Assembly: GCA_964035545.1 (NCBI GenBank)
Contig: CAXIUT010000291.1
Span: forward strand, 15,463 to 79,462
Source of the DNA: Bugula neritina
Taxonomy: Eukaryota > Animalia > Bryozoa
DNA: 64,000 bases
Reading direction: 5' to 3'
The notes under the pieces were generated by a model that had not been told where the DNA came from, ran no database searches, and saw only the letters and a list, made by a program, of their open reading frames with translations. Numbering within the stretch: position 1 is the first letter of the stretch; each line of letters begins with the position of its first letter. Both the position numbers and the translations under genes were made by a program. Below are positions 10,019-19,433 of the stretch, one piece after another.

Positions 10019-11429
10019 GCAATAATTCCCACAGCCGTTCCACATGCGTCCGCTCGGTGCTCTCCACTCCAATCGACACCCGCACCATCCAGCGCCCGTC
10101 CAGCATAGACGGACTCATAAACGCAGCGCCCGAACTATTAATCCGGTTTACCCAGTCCAACGTGTGTTTATCCAGTGCTTCACCACTCAGCTTATTGCCA
10201 TCATCGTCTTTGGGTGTATGGCGAATACAAATAGTCTGTAAGTCCACCGGAGCCAGCACTTCCCAATCATCTGCCGCTTCGACCTGTTGTTTAAACCAGT
10301 GCGCATTTTCCAGATCACGCTGTAAACGCTGGCGAATCGCTTCCGGCCCTTCGAGGCGCAGATGGAACCATAATTTCAGCGCCCGGAAACGCCGCCCTAA
10401 CGGTATGCCCCAGTCGCGGTATTGGGTGACTTCTCCATCAGCGGTAGAGCGCAGGTAAGCCGGATTGGTGGACATAACCCGCTCCAGATGCTCAACATCT
10501 TTCACATAAAACAGCGCGGTATCCAGTATGGTGCCCATCCATTTATGTGGGTTCCATGACAGTGAGTCCGCCTGTTCTATGCCTTCCCATAGGTGGCGGC
10601 ATTCCGGTAGTAGCATAGCCGATCCCGCCATCGCCGCATCAACATGGAGCCAGATGGCTTCCGCGTTGGCGATTGCTGCGATTGCTGCGACCGGATCCAT
10701 CGCGGTGGTACCGGTTGCGCCGACGGAACAGACGATGCCCGCCGGGATATTGCCTGCTGCGCGATCCGCTTTGATCGCTGCGGCTAGTGCTTCCGGTAGC
10801 ATGGCGCGGGTGTAAGGGTCTTCGTCGATAAAACGCAGGTTGTCGTTCCCAAAGCCCGCGAGTTGTACGGCTTTGGCGATGGAGGAGTGGGCTTGTCGGG
10901 TGCTGTAAACAATGAGTGGCGCATCGAGTGCTTGCAGGCCGCTGCTGTTTTTACTGAAGTCACTGGCTTTTTCCCGCGCCAGAATCATCGCGGTCACGCA
11001 GGCGGTGGAGGCGGTATCGTGAATCGTGCCATGCCAGTTTTCACTCAGGCCGGTGAGTTGGCGCAGCCAGTCGCAGGTGACTTCCTCGACTTCAGTGAGC
11101 GAGGGGCAGCTTTCCCAGGATATACCCAGTGTGCCCATACCGGAGCTGGCGATGTCGCCGAGGACGGAAGCCAGTGAGGCGTTGGAGGGGAACCAGCCGT
11201 AGTGCATGGGGTGTTGCACCTGAGTGACGCCGGGGACGACGATGTTGTTGAGATCGCTGAGGACGCTGCTGAAGTCGTTGGCTTGTTCTGGTGGTTGAGC
11301 GGGGAGAGCGTTGCGCACTGCGCCGGGTTCGACCTGAGCGCGTACCGGTAATTCGGGGATGCGCTGGCGGTAATCGGCGATCCAGTCGATGAGTTCGTGA
11401 CCGGCTGTGCGGAAGTCTTCGGGTGTCAT
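10002..11429 (-). CDS. Aromatic-L-amino-acid decarboxylase (group II PLP-dependent)
   Basis: DFR.AGHELIDWIADY N-terminus, AHSSI, GATGT, LHVDAA, NPHKW (PLP lysine), WGIPLGRRFRALKLW. Confidence 0.9.
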   Translation of the reverse strand: MTPEDFRTAGHELIDWIADYRQRIPELPVRAQVEPGAVRNALPAQPPEQANDFSSVLSDLNNIVVPGVTQVQHPMHYGWFPSNASLASVLGDIASSGMGTLGISWESCPSLTEVEEVTCDWLRQLTGLSENWHGTIHDTASTACVTAMILAREKASDFSKNSSGLQALDAPLIVYSTRQAHSSIAKAVQLAGFGNDNLRFIDEDPYTRAMLPEALAAAIKADRAAGNIPAGIVCSVGATGTTAMDPVAAIAAIANAEAIWLHVDAAMAGSAMLLPECRHLWEGIEQADSLSWNPHKWMGTILDTALFYVKDVEHLERVMSTNPAYLRSTADGEVTQYRDWGIPLGRRFRALKLWFHLRLEGPEAIRQRLQRDLENAHWFKQQVEAADDWEVLAPVDLQTICIRHTPKDDDGNKLSGEALDKHTLDWVNRINSSGAAFMSPSMLDGRWMVRVSIGVESTERTHVERLWELLQEAVA

Positions 11430-11577
11430 GCTTGTTCCTCCCCTGATGTTTGGTTATAGCTTCAGCATAATAGGGGAGGTCGTGGTTTGTGGAAAGAGGG
11501 GGTTCTTATGTTAATCTGCTCAATCCGATAAATTCAGGTTCAGACAATGCCGTTATAGCGGTGAAAAAGGAATATTA

Positions 11578-12234
11578 ATGTTGAAACTTCACCTGTCCAT
11601 CCTGTTATGCCTTAGCGTTATGAGTACAAATCTCTCCGCAGATAGCACCACCGCCCCGGTTGACCCGCAGCAGTTATTTTACGATGTCGTATTTGAACGC
11701 CTCAGCGCAGACGGTGAACAACTGTTATGCGAACAGGAAGCTTATACCGCCTGTTATGATGTTGATAAGGCCGGTTGTATGGAGGCACAAGTAGCCCACA
11801 AGCCCGATTGCCTCGAAGCTTACCAGGCCAGTATTAAAGGAAACCCGGCGGCGAATCACACCTTCGCGTTTATGCAATGCATGAAGGAAAAACAGGTCGA
11901 AGCAGCGGGCGGCGCTGAGTCTGAAGCGGGTATTTGTACCGAAAAGGCGATGCAGACTTTTAAGTCCTCGCCGTACTCACAGCGCATTGAAACCGTGTTT
12001 TCGCTGGTGTTATCGAATCACCATATTGCTGATGATTTATGCGACCGTAAGACACTGTTTGCCTGCCCGATGGATGAGCCGGATTCGTGTAAAACCCGTA
12101 TTAATGGCAATAAAGACGAGTGTATGGCGCAGGTGAAACAGGAAATTCTGGCGATTGAGCCGCCGCTCGATCAAAGTCAGGCGGCACAAAAGTATATGTC
12201 GTGTCTGCTAATTAAAAATGATTGTAAGGAATAA
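11578..12234 (+). CDS. Secreted cysteine-rich hypothetical protein with an internal duplication
   Basis: RBS AAGGA, signal peptide, two C-x7-C-x7-C-x10-C modules. Confidence 0.75.
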   Translation: MLKLHLSILLCLSVMSTNLSADSTTAPVDPQQLFYDVVFERLSADGEQLLCEQEAYTACYDVDKAGCMEAQVAHKPDCLEAYQASIKGNPAANHTFAFMQCMKEKQVEAAGGAESEAGICTEKAMQTFKSSPYSQRIETVFSLVLSNHHIADDLCDRKTLFACPMDEPDSCKTRINGNKDECMAQVKQEILAIEPPLDQSQAAQKYMSCLLIKNDCKE

Positions 12235-12244
12235 TGGTTGGCTG

Positions 12245-12703
12245 TTAGCGGTTCGCAATCATAGCGATATTTGCATGATCATTGACAGCGAGACTTGCTA
12301 AAAAATGATCAATACCCGCCTGTGCGCATTCCATATCCTGGTGCGGGGTGCCTGAACTGAGGCCGATACCGCCGACAACTTCGCCCGCGACATTAACCGG
12401 TAAGCCGCCGCCAACAACCGACAGGGAGTTGTGAATACCAAACACCAGATTGCCAGGCTGGCAGGCGGCATTGTATTCATGTGTTGCCTTGCGTGCGGCG
12501 GCGGCAGTGTAGGCTTTTTCCTGTGCAATCACTACACTGCTGGTTTTGCCGCCATCCATACGCTCAAAGGCGATCAGGTTACCGGATTCGTCGGTGATGG
12601 CGATACACATCGGAACGCCGATTTCATTAGCTTTAGCTCTCGATCCGGCGATTAGGGTTTGAGCATCCTGTTGATCCAGTCTTTGCATGCTTATCATGAT
12701 CAT
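12245..12703 (-). CDS. GlcG/HbpS family heme-binding protein
   Basis: IAITDESGNLIAFERMDG, KAYTA, GGGLPV..GEVVGGIGLS; start chosen at 12703 after the AAGGA RBS. Confidence 0.9.
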   Translation of the reverse strand: MIMISMQRLDQQDAQTLIAGSRAKANEIGVPMCIAITDESGNLIAFERMDGGKTSSVVIAQEKAYTAAAARKATHEYNAACQPGNLVFGIHNSLSVVGGGLPVNVAGEVVGGIGLSSGTPHQDMECAQAGIDHFLASLAVNDHANIAMIANR

Positions 12704-13001
12704 ATTCCTTTGTCTGTGGCTGACTTCTTTACATATAGATAGCAAATAGCGACGGGACTGGAAAGCAAATCACCTCTGATAGGAGATAGTGTTATCCCCA
12801 CTGATAGATTCAGGGGGAAAGGTTCTATGCCTGTGTGCTTATCTCTATCGGGGGTATTTATACTTTTTGTTGGCAATTCTGGTGGAGTGGTCGTCATAAA
12901 GTTGAACTTTATGCCGATAAGTTGAACAATGCGCTCATCGTGAGCAAACCAGTGATGGTCATAACGATAAGAAAATACGAGTGTTAACGGGAGTGTTACA
13001 G

Positions 13002-13826
13002 ATGAAGTCGATTGCTGCGCTACAAATGGCGTCCGGGCCACAGGTACAGGCCAATCTTATGGAAGCTAAGCGTTTAATTCGTGAGGCGGTAGAAGGCGGT
13101 GCGGGGATGGTGGTATTGCCGGAAGTGTTTGGCATTATGGGACAGCATGATACTGATACCGTGAATGCGGCTGAAACCTTTGGTAAAGGCCCGATGCAGG
13201 ACTTTATTCGTCGTGCTGCTAAAGAATTTAAGGTCTGGATTGTGGCTGGCACGATACCTCTGTTTACGGATAATCCGAATAAATACTCTGCCAGTTCCCT
13301 ATTGTTTGCGGATAATGGCGAGACGGTAGCGCGCTATGACAAGATTCACTTATTCGATGTTAAGGTCGAAGAAGAGGATCAGGTCTATACTGAAAGTCGC
13401 ACGGTGCGGCCTGGAAAAGAAGCGACGATTGTTGATACGCCATTTGGCCGCTTGGGCATGAGCGTGTGTTACGACTTGCGTTTCCCCGAACTATACCGGT
13501 ATCTTTCCGAACAGGGGGCTGAAATTATAACCATTCCCTCAGCGTTTACCGAAGTCACCGGTATGGCGCACTGGGAACCTCTCTTGCGGGCAAGAGCCAT
13601 AGAAAACCTGTGTTATGTGGTCGCACCGGCGCAGGGCGGTTATCATGTGAATGGGCGCACGACCTGGGGTCATAGTATGGTTATCGACTATTGGGGGCGG
13701 GTTCGTGGTCAACTGGATAAAGGCGCTGGTGTGGTAATGATCGAGCCTGACCTGGATACTTTACGTGCAACACGTAATAGTTTTCCGGTGTTAGAGCATC
13801 GTTGCCCCGTTGGCACATTGAGATAA
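13002..13826 (+). CDS. Carbon-nitrogen hydrolase (Nit1-like, deaminated glutathione amidase)
   Basis: LPE, YDKIHLFD, VCYDLRFPE catalytic Glu-Lys-Cys; RARAIEN; sits upstream of tldD. Confidence 0.93.
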   Translation: MKSIAALQMASGPQVQANLMEAKRLIREAVEGGAGMVVLPEVFGIMGQHDTDTVNAAETFGKGPMQDFIRRAAKEFKVWIVAGTIPLFTDNPNKYSASSLLFADNGETVARYDKIHLFDVKVEEEDQVYTESRTVRPGKEATIVDTPFGRLGMSVCYDLRFPELYRYLSEQGAEIITIPSAFTEVTGMAHWEPLLRARAIENLCYVVAPAQGGYHVNGRTTWGHSMVIDYWGRVRGQLDKGAGVVMIEPDLDTLRATRNSFPVLEHRCPVGTLR

Positions 13827-13913
13827 ACAGCCGGGATAGCTATTTCATCCTGGCTTTAGGTGATTAGTGGAAAGTAGCGCTTTTCAGGTATCACCTCAAA
13901 ACAGGATAAAATA

Positions 13914-15377
13914 ATGCAAGAAGCAATGATTCTTGAGCCAATGAATATCGCCCGTGCCGCATTCTTTGCGCCCGGCGATCTGGATGAGCAGCATCTGGAT
14001 AAAGTATTTGCTCAACTCATGACCAGCGATACCACGCTGGCCGATTTATACTTCCAGTCCGCCCGCTATGAGGCGTGGGGGCTGGAAGAAGGTATCGTTA
14101 AAAGCGGTAGCTACAGTATCGAGCGCGGCGTGGGTGTGCGTTCAGTCTGTGGCGAACAAACCGGCTTTGCTTACAGTGATGAAATCTCTATGCCTGCGTT
14201 ACTGGATTCTGCGAAAGCGGCCAGGGCGATTAGCCGCGCCGGGCAGTCGGGCAAGGTACAAAGCTGGCAGGCACGTCAGCCATCCAAGGCTCTCTATGGC
14301 CTTGATGATCCACTCATTTCGCTGTCCGAGCAGGACAAAATCGATTTATTGCACCGTATTGACGCCAAAGCCCGCGCCGCCAGCCCACATGTACAACAGG
14401 TAATGGCGAATATGGTGGCGGTGCATGAGATTATCCTGATTGTGGATGAAGAAGGTCGCATGACTGCCGATGTGCGTCCACTGGTGCGTACCAATGTGTC
14501 GGTCATTGTGGAGAAAGATGGCCAGACTGAAAGCGCGATGTCCGGCGGCGGCGGGCGTTTTGATCTGGATTACTTCCTGGACGATGATCGCGCCGATGGC
14601 TATGCGGAAGAAGCGGTGCGTATGGCGCTGGTGAATCTGGAAGCGGAAGCAGCTCCGGCGGGTAATATGACCGTAGTGCTGGGCAATGGCTGGCCCGGTG
14701 TGTTGCTGCATGAGGCGATTGGGCACGGCTTGGAAGGTGATTTCAACCGCAAGGGCACCTCAGCATTCTCCGGGCGCATTGGTGAACAGGTCGCGTCAAA
14801 AGGTATCACCGTAGTGGACGACGGCACGCTGGAGAAGCGTCGTGGTTCTCTCAGTGTGGATGACGAGGGGACACAAACCCAATGCACCACGCTGATTGAG
14901 GATGGCATTCTCAAAGGCTATATGATGGATCGCCAGAATGCGGCGTTGATGGATACCGCATCTACCGGTAATGGGCGGCGTCAGTCGTATTCACACCTGC
15001 CAATGCCACGTATGACCAATACTTATATGCGTGCCGGTGAGCATGATCCGGAGGAGATTATCGAGTCAGTCGAAAATGGCGTATACGCGGTGAATTTCTC
15101 GGGTGGGCAGGTGGATATTACCTCCGGCAAGTTCGTATTTTCTGCGTCTGAGGCTTACCTGATTGAGAATGGTAAGAAGACCAAGCCGCTGAAAAATGCC
15201 ACGCTGATTGGTAATGGCCCGGATGTACTGACGCGGGTCAGTATGATTGGTAACGATCTGGAGCTGGATACCGGTATTGGTGTTTGCGGTAAGGCGGGGC
15301 AAAGCGTACCGGTCGGAGTAGGGCAGCCTACTTTAAAGGTGGATGGATTAACCGTTGGCGGCACGGCGACAGCCTGA
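13914..15377 (+). CDS. tldD: Metalloprotease TldD
   Basis: [45 protein letters not shown]. Confidence 0.97.
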   Translation: MQEAMILEPMNIARAAFFAPGDLDEQHLDKVFAQLMTSDTTLADLYFQSARYEAWGLEEGIVKSGSYSIERGVGVRSVCGEQTGFAYSDEISMPALLDSAKAARAISRAGQSGKVQSWQARQPSKALYGLDDPLISLSEQDKIDLLHRIDAKARAASPHVQQVMANMVAVHEIILIVDEEGRMTADVRPLVRTNVSVIVEKDGQTESAMSGGGGRFDLDYFLDDDRADGYAEEAVRMALVNLEAEAAPAGNMTVVLGNGWPGVLLHEAIGHGLEGDFNRKGTSAFSGRIGEQVASKGITVVDDGTLEKRRGSLSVDDEGTQTQCTTLIEDGILKGYMMDRQNAALMDTASTGNGRRQSYSHLPMPRMTNTYMRAGEHDPEEIIESVENGVYAVNFSGGQVDITSGKFVFSASEAYLIENGKKTKPLKNATLIGNGPDVLTRVSMIGNDLELDTGIGVCGKAGQSVPVGVGQPTLKVDGLTVGGTATA

Positions 15378-15390
15378 CTGGAGAAGAACA

Positions 15391-16734
15391 ATGATTGAAT
15401 TGGAAAACAGGGCAGCGCTGGCGGCGGAATTTGAGGAGCTGGCGGCTGAGGTTTTGAAGTCGGCGAAGGCGAAGGGTGCAACGGCGGCGGAAGTCGGTTT
15501 TGATAAAGGCACAGGCTTATCGGTACAGGTGCGCATGGATGAGGTGGAGAAGCTACAGTACCACCGCGACCAGGGTGTGAGTCTGACCGTGTATTTTGGT
15601 AATAAAAAAGGTTATGCCTCGACCGGTGATTTATCGCGTCAGGCGTTGGAAGATACCCTGGACGCGGCATGTCGTATTGCGCGTTTTACCGCTGAGGATG
15701 AGTTTAACGGTTTGGCTGATGCTGAGTTGATGGCGACCGAGATTCCTGAGCTGGATTTGTATCATCCGTGGGCGATTACGGCGGATGAGGCGATTGAGCT
15801 GGCGCTAAAAGCCGAGTCAGTGGCGCGTGAGCATGATGCGCGCATCGTGAATAGTGATGGCGCGGGTGTAGATAGCTATGCTGGTTTAGGTTTGTACGCC
15901 AATTCGCATGGTTTTAGCGGCGTTAGCACCAGCACCAGTCACTCGCTTAGCTGTTCGGTGGTGGCACAGGATGGTGAGTCGATGCAACGTGATTACTGGT
16001 ACGACAGCTCCTGTCTGCCGGGGGCGCTGGAATCGGCGGAATCCATCGGTTTACAGGCAGCGCAGCGTACCGTGCGGCGCTTGAATGGTCAGGGTTTATC
16101 AACACGCGAAGTGCCGGTGATTTATGTGCCGGAACTGGCGCGTGGTTTAGTGGGTAGTTTGGTGAATGCGTTGAGCGGTGGCTCACAGTATCGTAAGGCA
16201 ACCTTCCTGCTGGATTCGATTGGGCAACAGGCATTTCCTGAGTTTGTGCAGTTGCATGAGCGCCCACACCTCAAACAACAGGGCGGCAGCCGGGCTTATG
16301 ATTCAGAAGGCGTAGCGACGCAGGATCGGGAGATTATCCTCGACGGTAAGATTCAGGATTATTTCCTTAGTAGTTATTCGGCGCGTAAGCTGGGCCGGCA
16401 GACTACGGGTAGTGCGGGTGGCTCCGGTAATTTGCTGCTGGATCATACCGGGGTGTCGTACGACGACATGATTAAGCAAATGGGCACTGGCTTGCTGGTG
16501 ACCGAGCTGATTGGACATGGTGGTAACCCGATTACCGGTGATTACTCACGCGGTGCGGCGGGCTTCTGGGTGGAGAATGGCGAGATTCAGTACCCGGTGG
16601 AAGAGATTACCATTGCGGGGAATCTAAAGGATATGTTCCTCGGCATTCAGGCGATTGGTGATGACGTCGATACGCGAGGGCGGGTGCAGTGTGGCTCGAT
16701 CCTGATTGATAAGATGACGGTGGCTGGGCAGTAA
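15391..16734 (+). CDS. pmbA: Metalloprotease PmbA (TldE)
   Basis: LDLYHPW, MQRDYWY, TGDYSRGAAGFWVENGEIQYPVEEITIAGNL; follows tldD. Confidence 0.96.
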   Translation: MIELENRAALAAEFEELAAEVLKSAKAKGATAAEVGFDKGTGLSVQVRMDEVEKLQYHRDQGVSLTVYFGNKKGYASTGDLSRQALEDTLDAACRIARFTAEDEFNGLADAELMATEIPELDLYHPWAITADEAIELALKAESVAREHDARIVNSDGAGVDSYAGLGLYANSHGFSGVSTSTSHSLSCSVVAQDGESMQRDYWYDSSCLPGALESAESIGLQAAQRTVRRLNGQGLSTREVPVIYVPELARGLVGSLVNALSGGSQYRKATFLLDSIGQQAFPEFVQLHERPHLKQQGGSRAYDSEGVATQDREIILDGKIQDYFLSSYSARKLGRQTTGSAGGSGNLLLDHTGVSYDDMIKQMGTGLLVTELIGHGGNPITGDYSRGAAGFWVENGEIQYPVEEITIAGNLKDMFLGIQAIGDDVDTRGRVQCGSILIDKMTVAGQ

Positions 16735-16751
16735 AGCTTTGCATAAAGCGG

Positions 16752-16780
16752 TTGCGCCTGTGGGTGGAGTTCGGTATATT
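16752..16780 (+). promoter_or_regulatory. Sigma70 promoter of the tRNA gene
   Basis: TTGCGC-N17-TATATT. Confidence 0.6.
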
Positions 16781-16796
16781 TCACGGCTTCAACATT

Positions 16797-16873
16797 AGGC
16801 GCGTAGCTCAGTTGGTTAGAGCACCACCTTGACATGGTGGGGGTCGGTGATTCGAGTTCACTCGTGCCTACCA
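16797..16873 (+). tRNA. tRNA-Val(GAC)
   Basis: Acceptor AGGCGCG/CGTGCCT, D-arm TAGCTCAGTTGGTTAGAGC, anticodon arm CCACC-TT-GAC-AT-GGTGG, TTCGA loop, encoded CCA. Confidence 0.97.
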
Positions 16874-16881
16874 AATTTAAG

Positions 16882-16920
16882 AGGCTAATCAGTAACTTAG
16901 ACGACTGGTTAGCCTTTTTT
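16882..16920 (+). terminator. Intrinsic terminator after the tRNA
   Basis: AGGCTAATCAGT...ACTGGTTAGCCT followed by a T run. Confidence 0.8.
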
Positions 16921-17093
16921 GATTTGGGTGTTTCCTTATTTTCTCCGTATTTTTTCCTTATGTATACTGGGCCAATGTTTCCAGAGGTGGTAAGCGTTAC
17001 CAGCTGGACGGGGAAGTTAGCAGCGACCAGTAAGAACATGCAGCTGAACAACTGAAATATGAAAAACAATTAACTGATGGTATCATTACCAAC

Positions 17094-17384
17094 ATGGCAA
17101 AAGCAGAGCTGATATTCAGGCGGCGGCGGGAACTGGCAGATGGCGCAATCATTGAGGGCGTAGCATGGCAGTTACCGGAACCGGTTGAAGCCTCTGAACA
17201 CCTGTATAAATATCGCCTGTTTTACGGCTATCCCGGTCAGCGGGTTATTGGATACGACAATGAACGCGGCAAGGGTGATCATAAGCATTATTATGATACA
17301 GAGTCACCCTATATGTTCAGTACACCTGAACAGGTATGGTCTGATTTCGTCGCTGATATTATCAAAGAGAGGGAAGGCAAATGA
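17094..17384 (+). CDS. DUF6516/TumE-like putative toxin
   Basis: YKYRLFYG...VIGYDNERGKGDHKH motif; ATGA overlap with the downstream HTH gene. Confidence 0.75.
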   Translation: MAKAELIFRRRRELADGAIIEGVAWQLPEPVEASEHLYKYRLFYGYPGQRVIGYDNERGKGDHKHYYDTESPYMFSTPEQVWSDFVADIIKEREGK

Positions 17385-17746
17385 GATATGCAATTATAAA
17401 AATTGAACCTGATCTTGAAACCGACCTGTTAGAGATGGGATCGGCCTTTTCTGATGCCCTGAACACAGGCACCTATCAGGGCGAACACTTCACCTTTGAG
17501 ACACCAGGCGCTTTATTTTCTGCGATCACTCCCCGGCGTTGGGATGTGCTGAACTATTTGCAGGGTAAACCGGCAATGAGTATCAGAGAGTTAGCCAAAC
17601 GGCTAAAACGGGATGTTAAAAACGTGCATGCGGACGTTACCAAGTTGAGGAATATTGGCCTGATTGAACATGATGAATCCGGTGCGGTATTGTCGCCATT
17701 TGCTGAGATTAGAACGGAATTTACGCTTAAAGGTGTGGCTGCATAA
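17381..17746 (+). CDS. HTH DNA-binding protein (HVO_A0114-like), putative antitoxin
   Basis: TPRRWDVL...SIRELAKRLKRDVKNVHADVTKL winged HTH. Confidence 0.8.
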   Translation: MRYAIIKIEPDLETDLLEMGSAFSDALNTGTYQGEHFTFETPGALFSAITPRRWDVLNYLQGKPAMSIRELAKRLKRDVKNVHADVTKLRNIGLIEHDESGAVLSPFAEIRTEFTLKGVAA

Positions 17747-17821
17747 GCATATTGCTAAGTGATGGTGCTGAAAAATGAAACTGATTTTGGTTTTTCGTGC
17801 AAAGATGATCCGGGCACTATT

Positions 17822-18166
17822 TTATTCCAGCAGCGTAATAGCTCGTGCCAATACCTCATCTGTTAATACATCTGGCACTGACTCAACCAGTCGCGCCTCT
17901 CGCGCTTTATAATCAACTGTTCTTATTTGATTACAGAGAATAGCACCCTGTGTCTCTGTTCCGGTGCCCATTAACGGCACAGCCCAATGGTTTTCTCTGG
18001 CAAAGTTGCCGCCTTGTGTAATGGGGCATAACAACACACTACCGAATCTATTGAATTCCACTGGCGAGAGAACAAAGGCTGGTCGGTAGCCGTGCTGCTC
18101 CTTTCCCAGTGCCGGATCAAATGATAATTTGATAATGTCGCCGCGCTTCGGGGTAAACCTGCTCAT
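17822..18166 (-). CDS. MazF/PemK family toxin
   Basis: RGDII.LSFDP..GKEQ.GYRPAFVLS, CPIT, QIRTVD. Confidence 0.93.
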   Translation of the reverse strand: MSRFTPKRGDIIKLSFDPALGKEQHGYRPAFVLSPVEFNRFGSVLLCPITQGGNFARENHWAVPLMGTGTETQGAILCNQIRTVDYKAREARLVESVPDVLTDEVLARAITLLE

Positions 18167-18414
18167 ATTTCTTCATTTCCGGCTAGCGGGGCATTTTCAA
18201 AGGCCGGGTCTGTGGGCAAAGTGTCGCCTTCTTCCATGCCTTCCAGCAGTTCCGCCAGTGTGTAGCGTTTGCGTGCTGGTTTCATCGTGATTTGGTCGCC
18301 ATCCATCATCAGCTCTACTTTTGAACCGGCGGACAGGTGAAGGGATGAGAGGAAGCCGGGAGGTATAGCAAGGACGACGGAGCCGCCCAGTGGTCTGAGT
18401 GTTGCATTTGCCAT
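18163..18414 (-). CDS. MazE/AbrB family antitoxin
   Basis: GGSVVLAIP, GSKVEL, RKRYTLAELL; 4-nt overlap with the toxin gene. Confidence 0.92.
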   Translation of the reverse strand: MANATLRPLGGSVVLAIPPGFLSSLHLSAGSKVELMMDGDQITMKPARKRYTLAELLEGMEEGDTLPTDPAFENAPLAGNEEI

Positions 18415-18459
18415 TTTCGTTACTCCATAACATCATTGTGTACGAAAAGACTATAGCAT

Positions 18460-18483
18460 AAAGTTAAACTTTTATTTAACTTT
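18460..18483. promoter_or_regulatory. Palindromic operator upstream of the mazEF-like pair
   Basis: AAAGTTAAA-N6-TTTAACTTT next to a minus-strand TATAGT -10 box. Confidence 0.6.
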
Positions 18484-18536
18484 GGTTAATCTTAGCGTCT
18501 CGGTTGAGTATGCTACCTGGTCGCCGGGAGGGGGCT

Positions 18537-19211
18537 TTAACGCTGATATCGACTCAGCATATTCACCATTGCACCATTACGTATCGCATAAGCCATATCA
18601 AAAACGGTTTTGTTGTCTCGTGTGCTGGCGTGAACCGGAGAACCGATACGGATTAGGTATTGCGCGGCTTTTACATGCCCAAAGCGCACCGCATGATGCA
18701 GCGGGAGCCAGCCATTGGTGGTTTTTACGTTATGCCGAGCGCCTCTGCTGTGGAGATAATGAAGTACATCCACCTTGCCTGCCGAAGCGGCGGCATGCAT
18801 CGCTGTTTCTCTGGATTGGTTCTTGAAGTTCAGATTAGCGCCCTGCTGAATTAGTTCGGCGACCTGCTTGATATGAGAATCCCGGGCAGCAAAGAACAGT
18901 GCCTGGCTCGGATGCATTTTGCCCTCTGCTTTCTGTTGTGTGTCTGCACCCGCTATGTCTTTCGCGCAGGGGACTTCCAGTTTTTGTCCAACCCGAATGG
19001 ATGAGGGGCCGTTCTTTAAAACATGGCTGTTTGTGGAATAGATCAGAGTATACAGGCTACTACGTCCATAGACGCGGGAAGCAATTATGCCCAGCGAGTC
19101 GCCCGTTTGTACCTGATAAGTGCCGCCGCATTTTGGCCCGCTAGCCTGTACATTGCCCGCTATGAAAAAAGAGGAAAGGCTATACAACGCCAATAATAAA
19201 TAACGAACCAT
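18537..19211 (-). CDS. Secreted LysM plus ankyrin-repeat protein
   Basis: Signal peptide; YQVQTGDSLGIIA...IRVGQKLEVP LysM; ankyrin repeats ETAMHAAA, WLPLHHAV. Confidence 0.85.
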   Translation of the reverse strand: MVRYLLLALYSLSSFFIAGNVQASGPKCGGTYQVQTGDSLGIIASRVYGRSSLYTLIYSTNSHVLKNGPSSIRVGQKLEVPCAKDIAGADTQQKAEGKMHPSQALFFAARDSHIKQVAELIQQGANLNFKNQSRETAMHAAASAGKVDVLHYLHSRGARHNVKTTNGWLPLHHAVRFGHVKAAQYLIRIGSPVHASTRDNKTVFDMAYAIRNGAMVNMLSRYQR

Positions 19212-19433
19212 ATGTGCCTCACATGAAAATGTGTTGATAACTCTCGCGCTGCTTTCAGTTGTTTGGGGTTCCCGTACCCGGTTAATGGTTGTTGGGAGTT
19301 TTGGTGACTATATAGGTTATCTCTGTGTAAGCAGGCAAGTTGAATGGTTATAAGTATATAATTTGCTGACCTTAGGCTTGAAATAAAGATGATTGATGGG
19401 GATGAATGCGCAAGATGTTGCGATGCATGGACA

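Noticed and set aside
16921-17093. Possible integrase remnant or att site after the tRNA
   Set aside because: No recognisable recombinase motif, and I found no second copy of the tRNA 3' end by eye.
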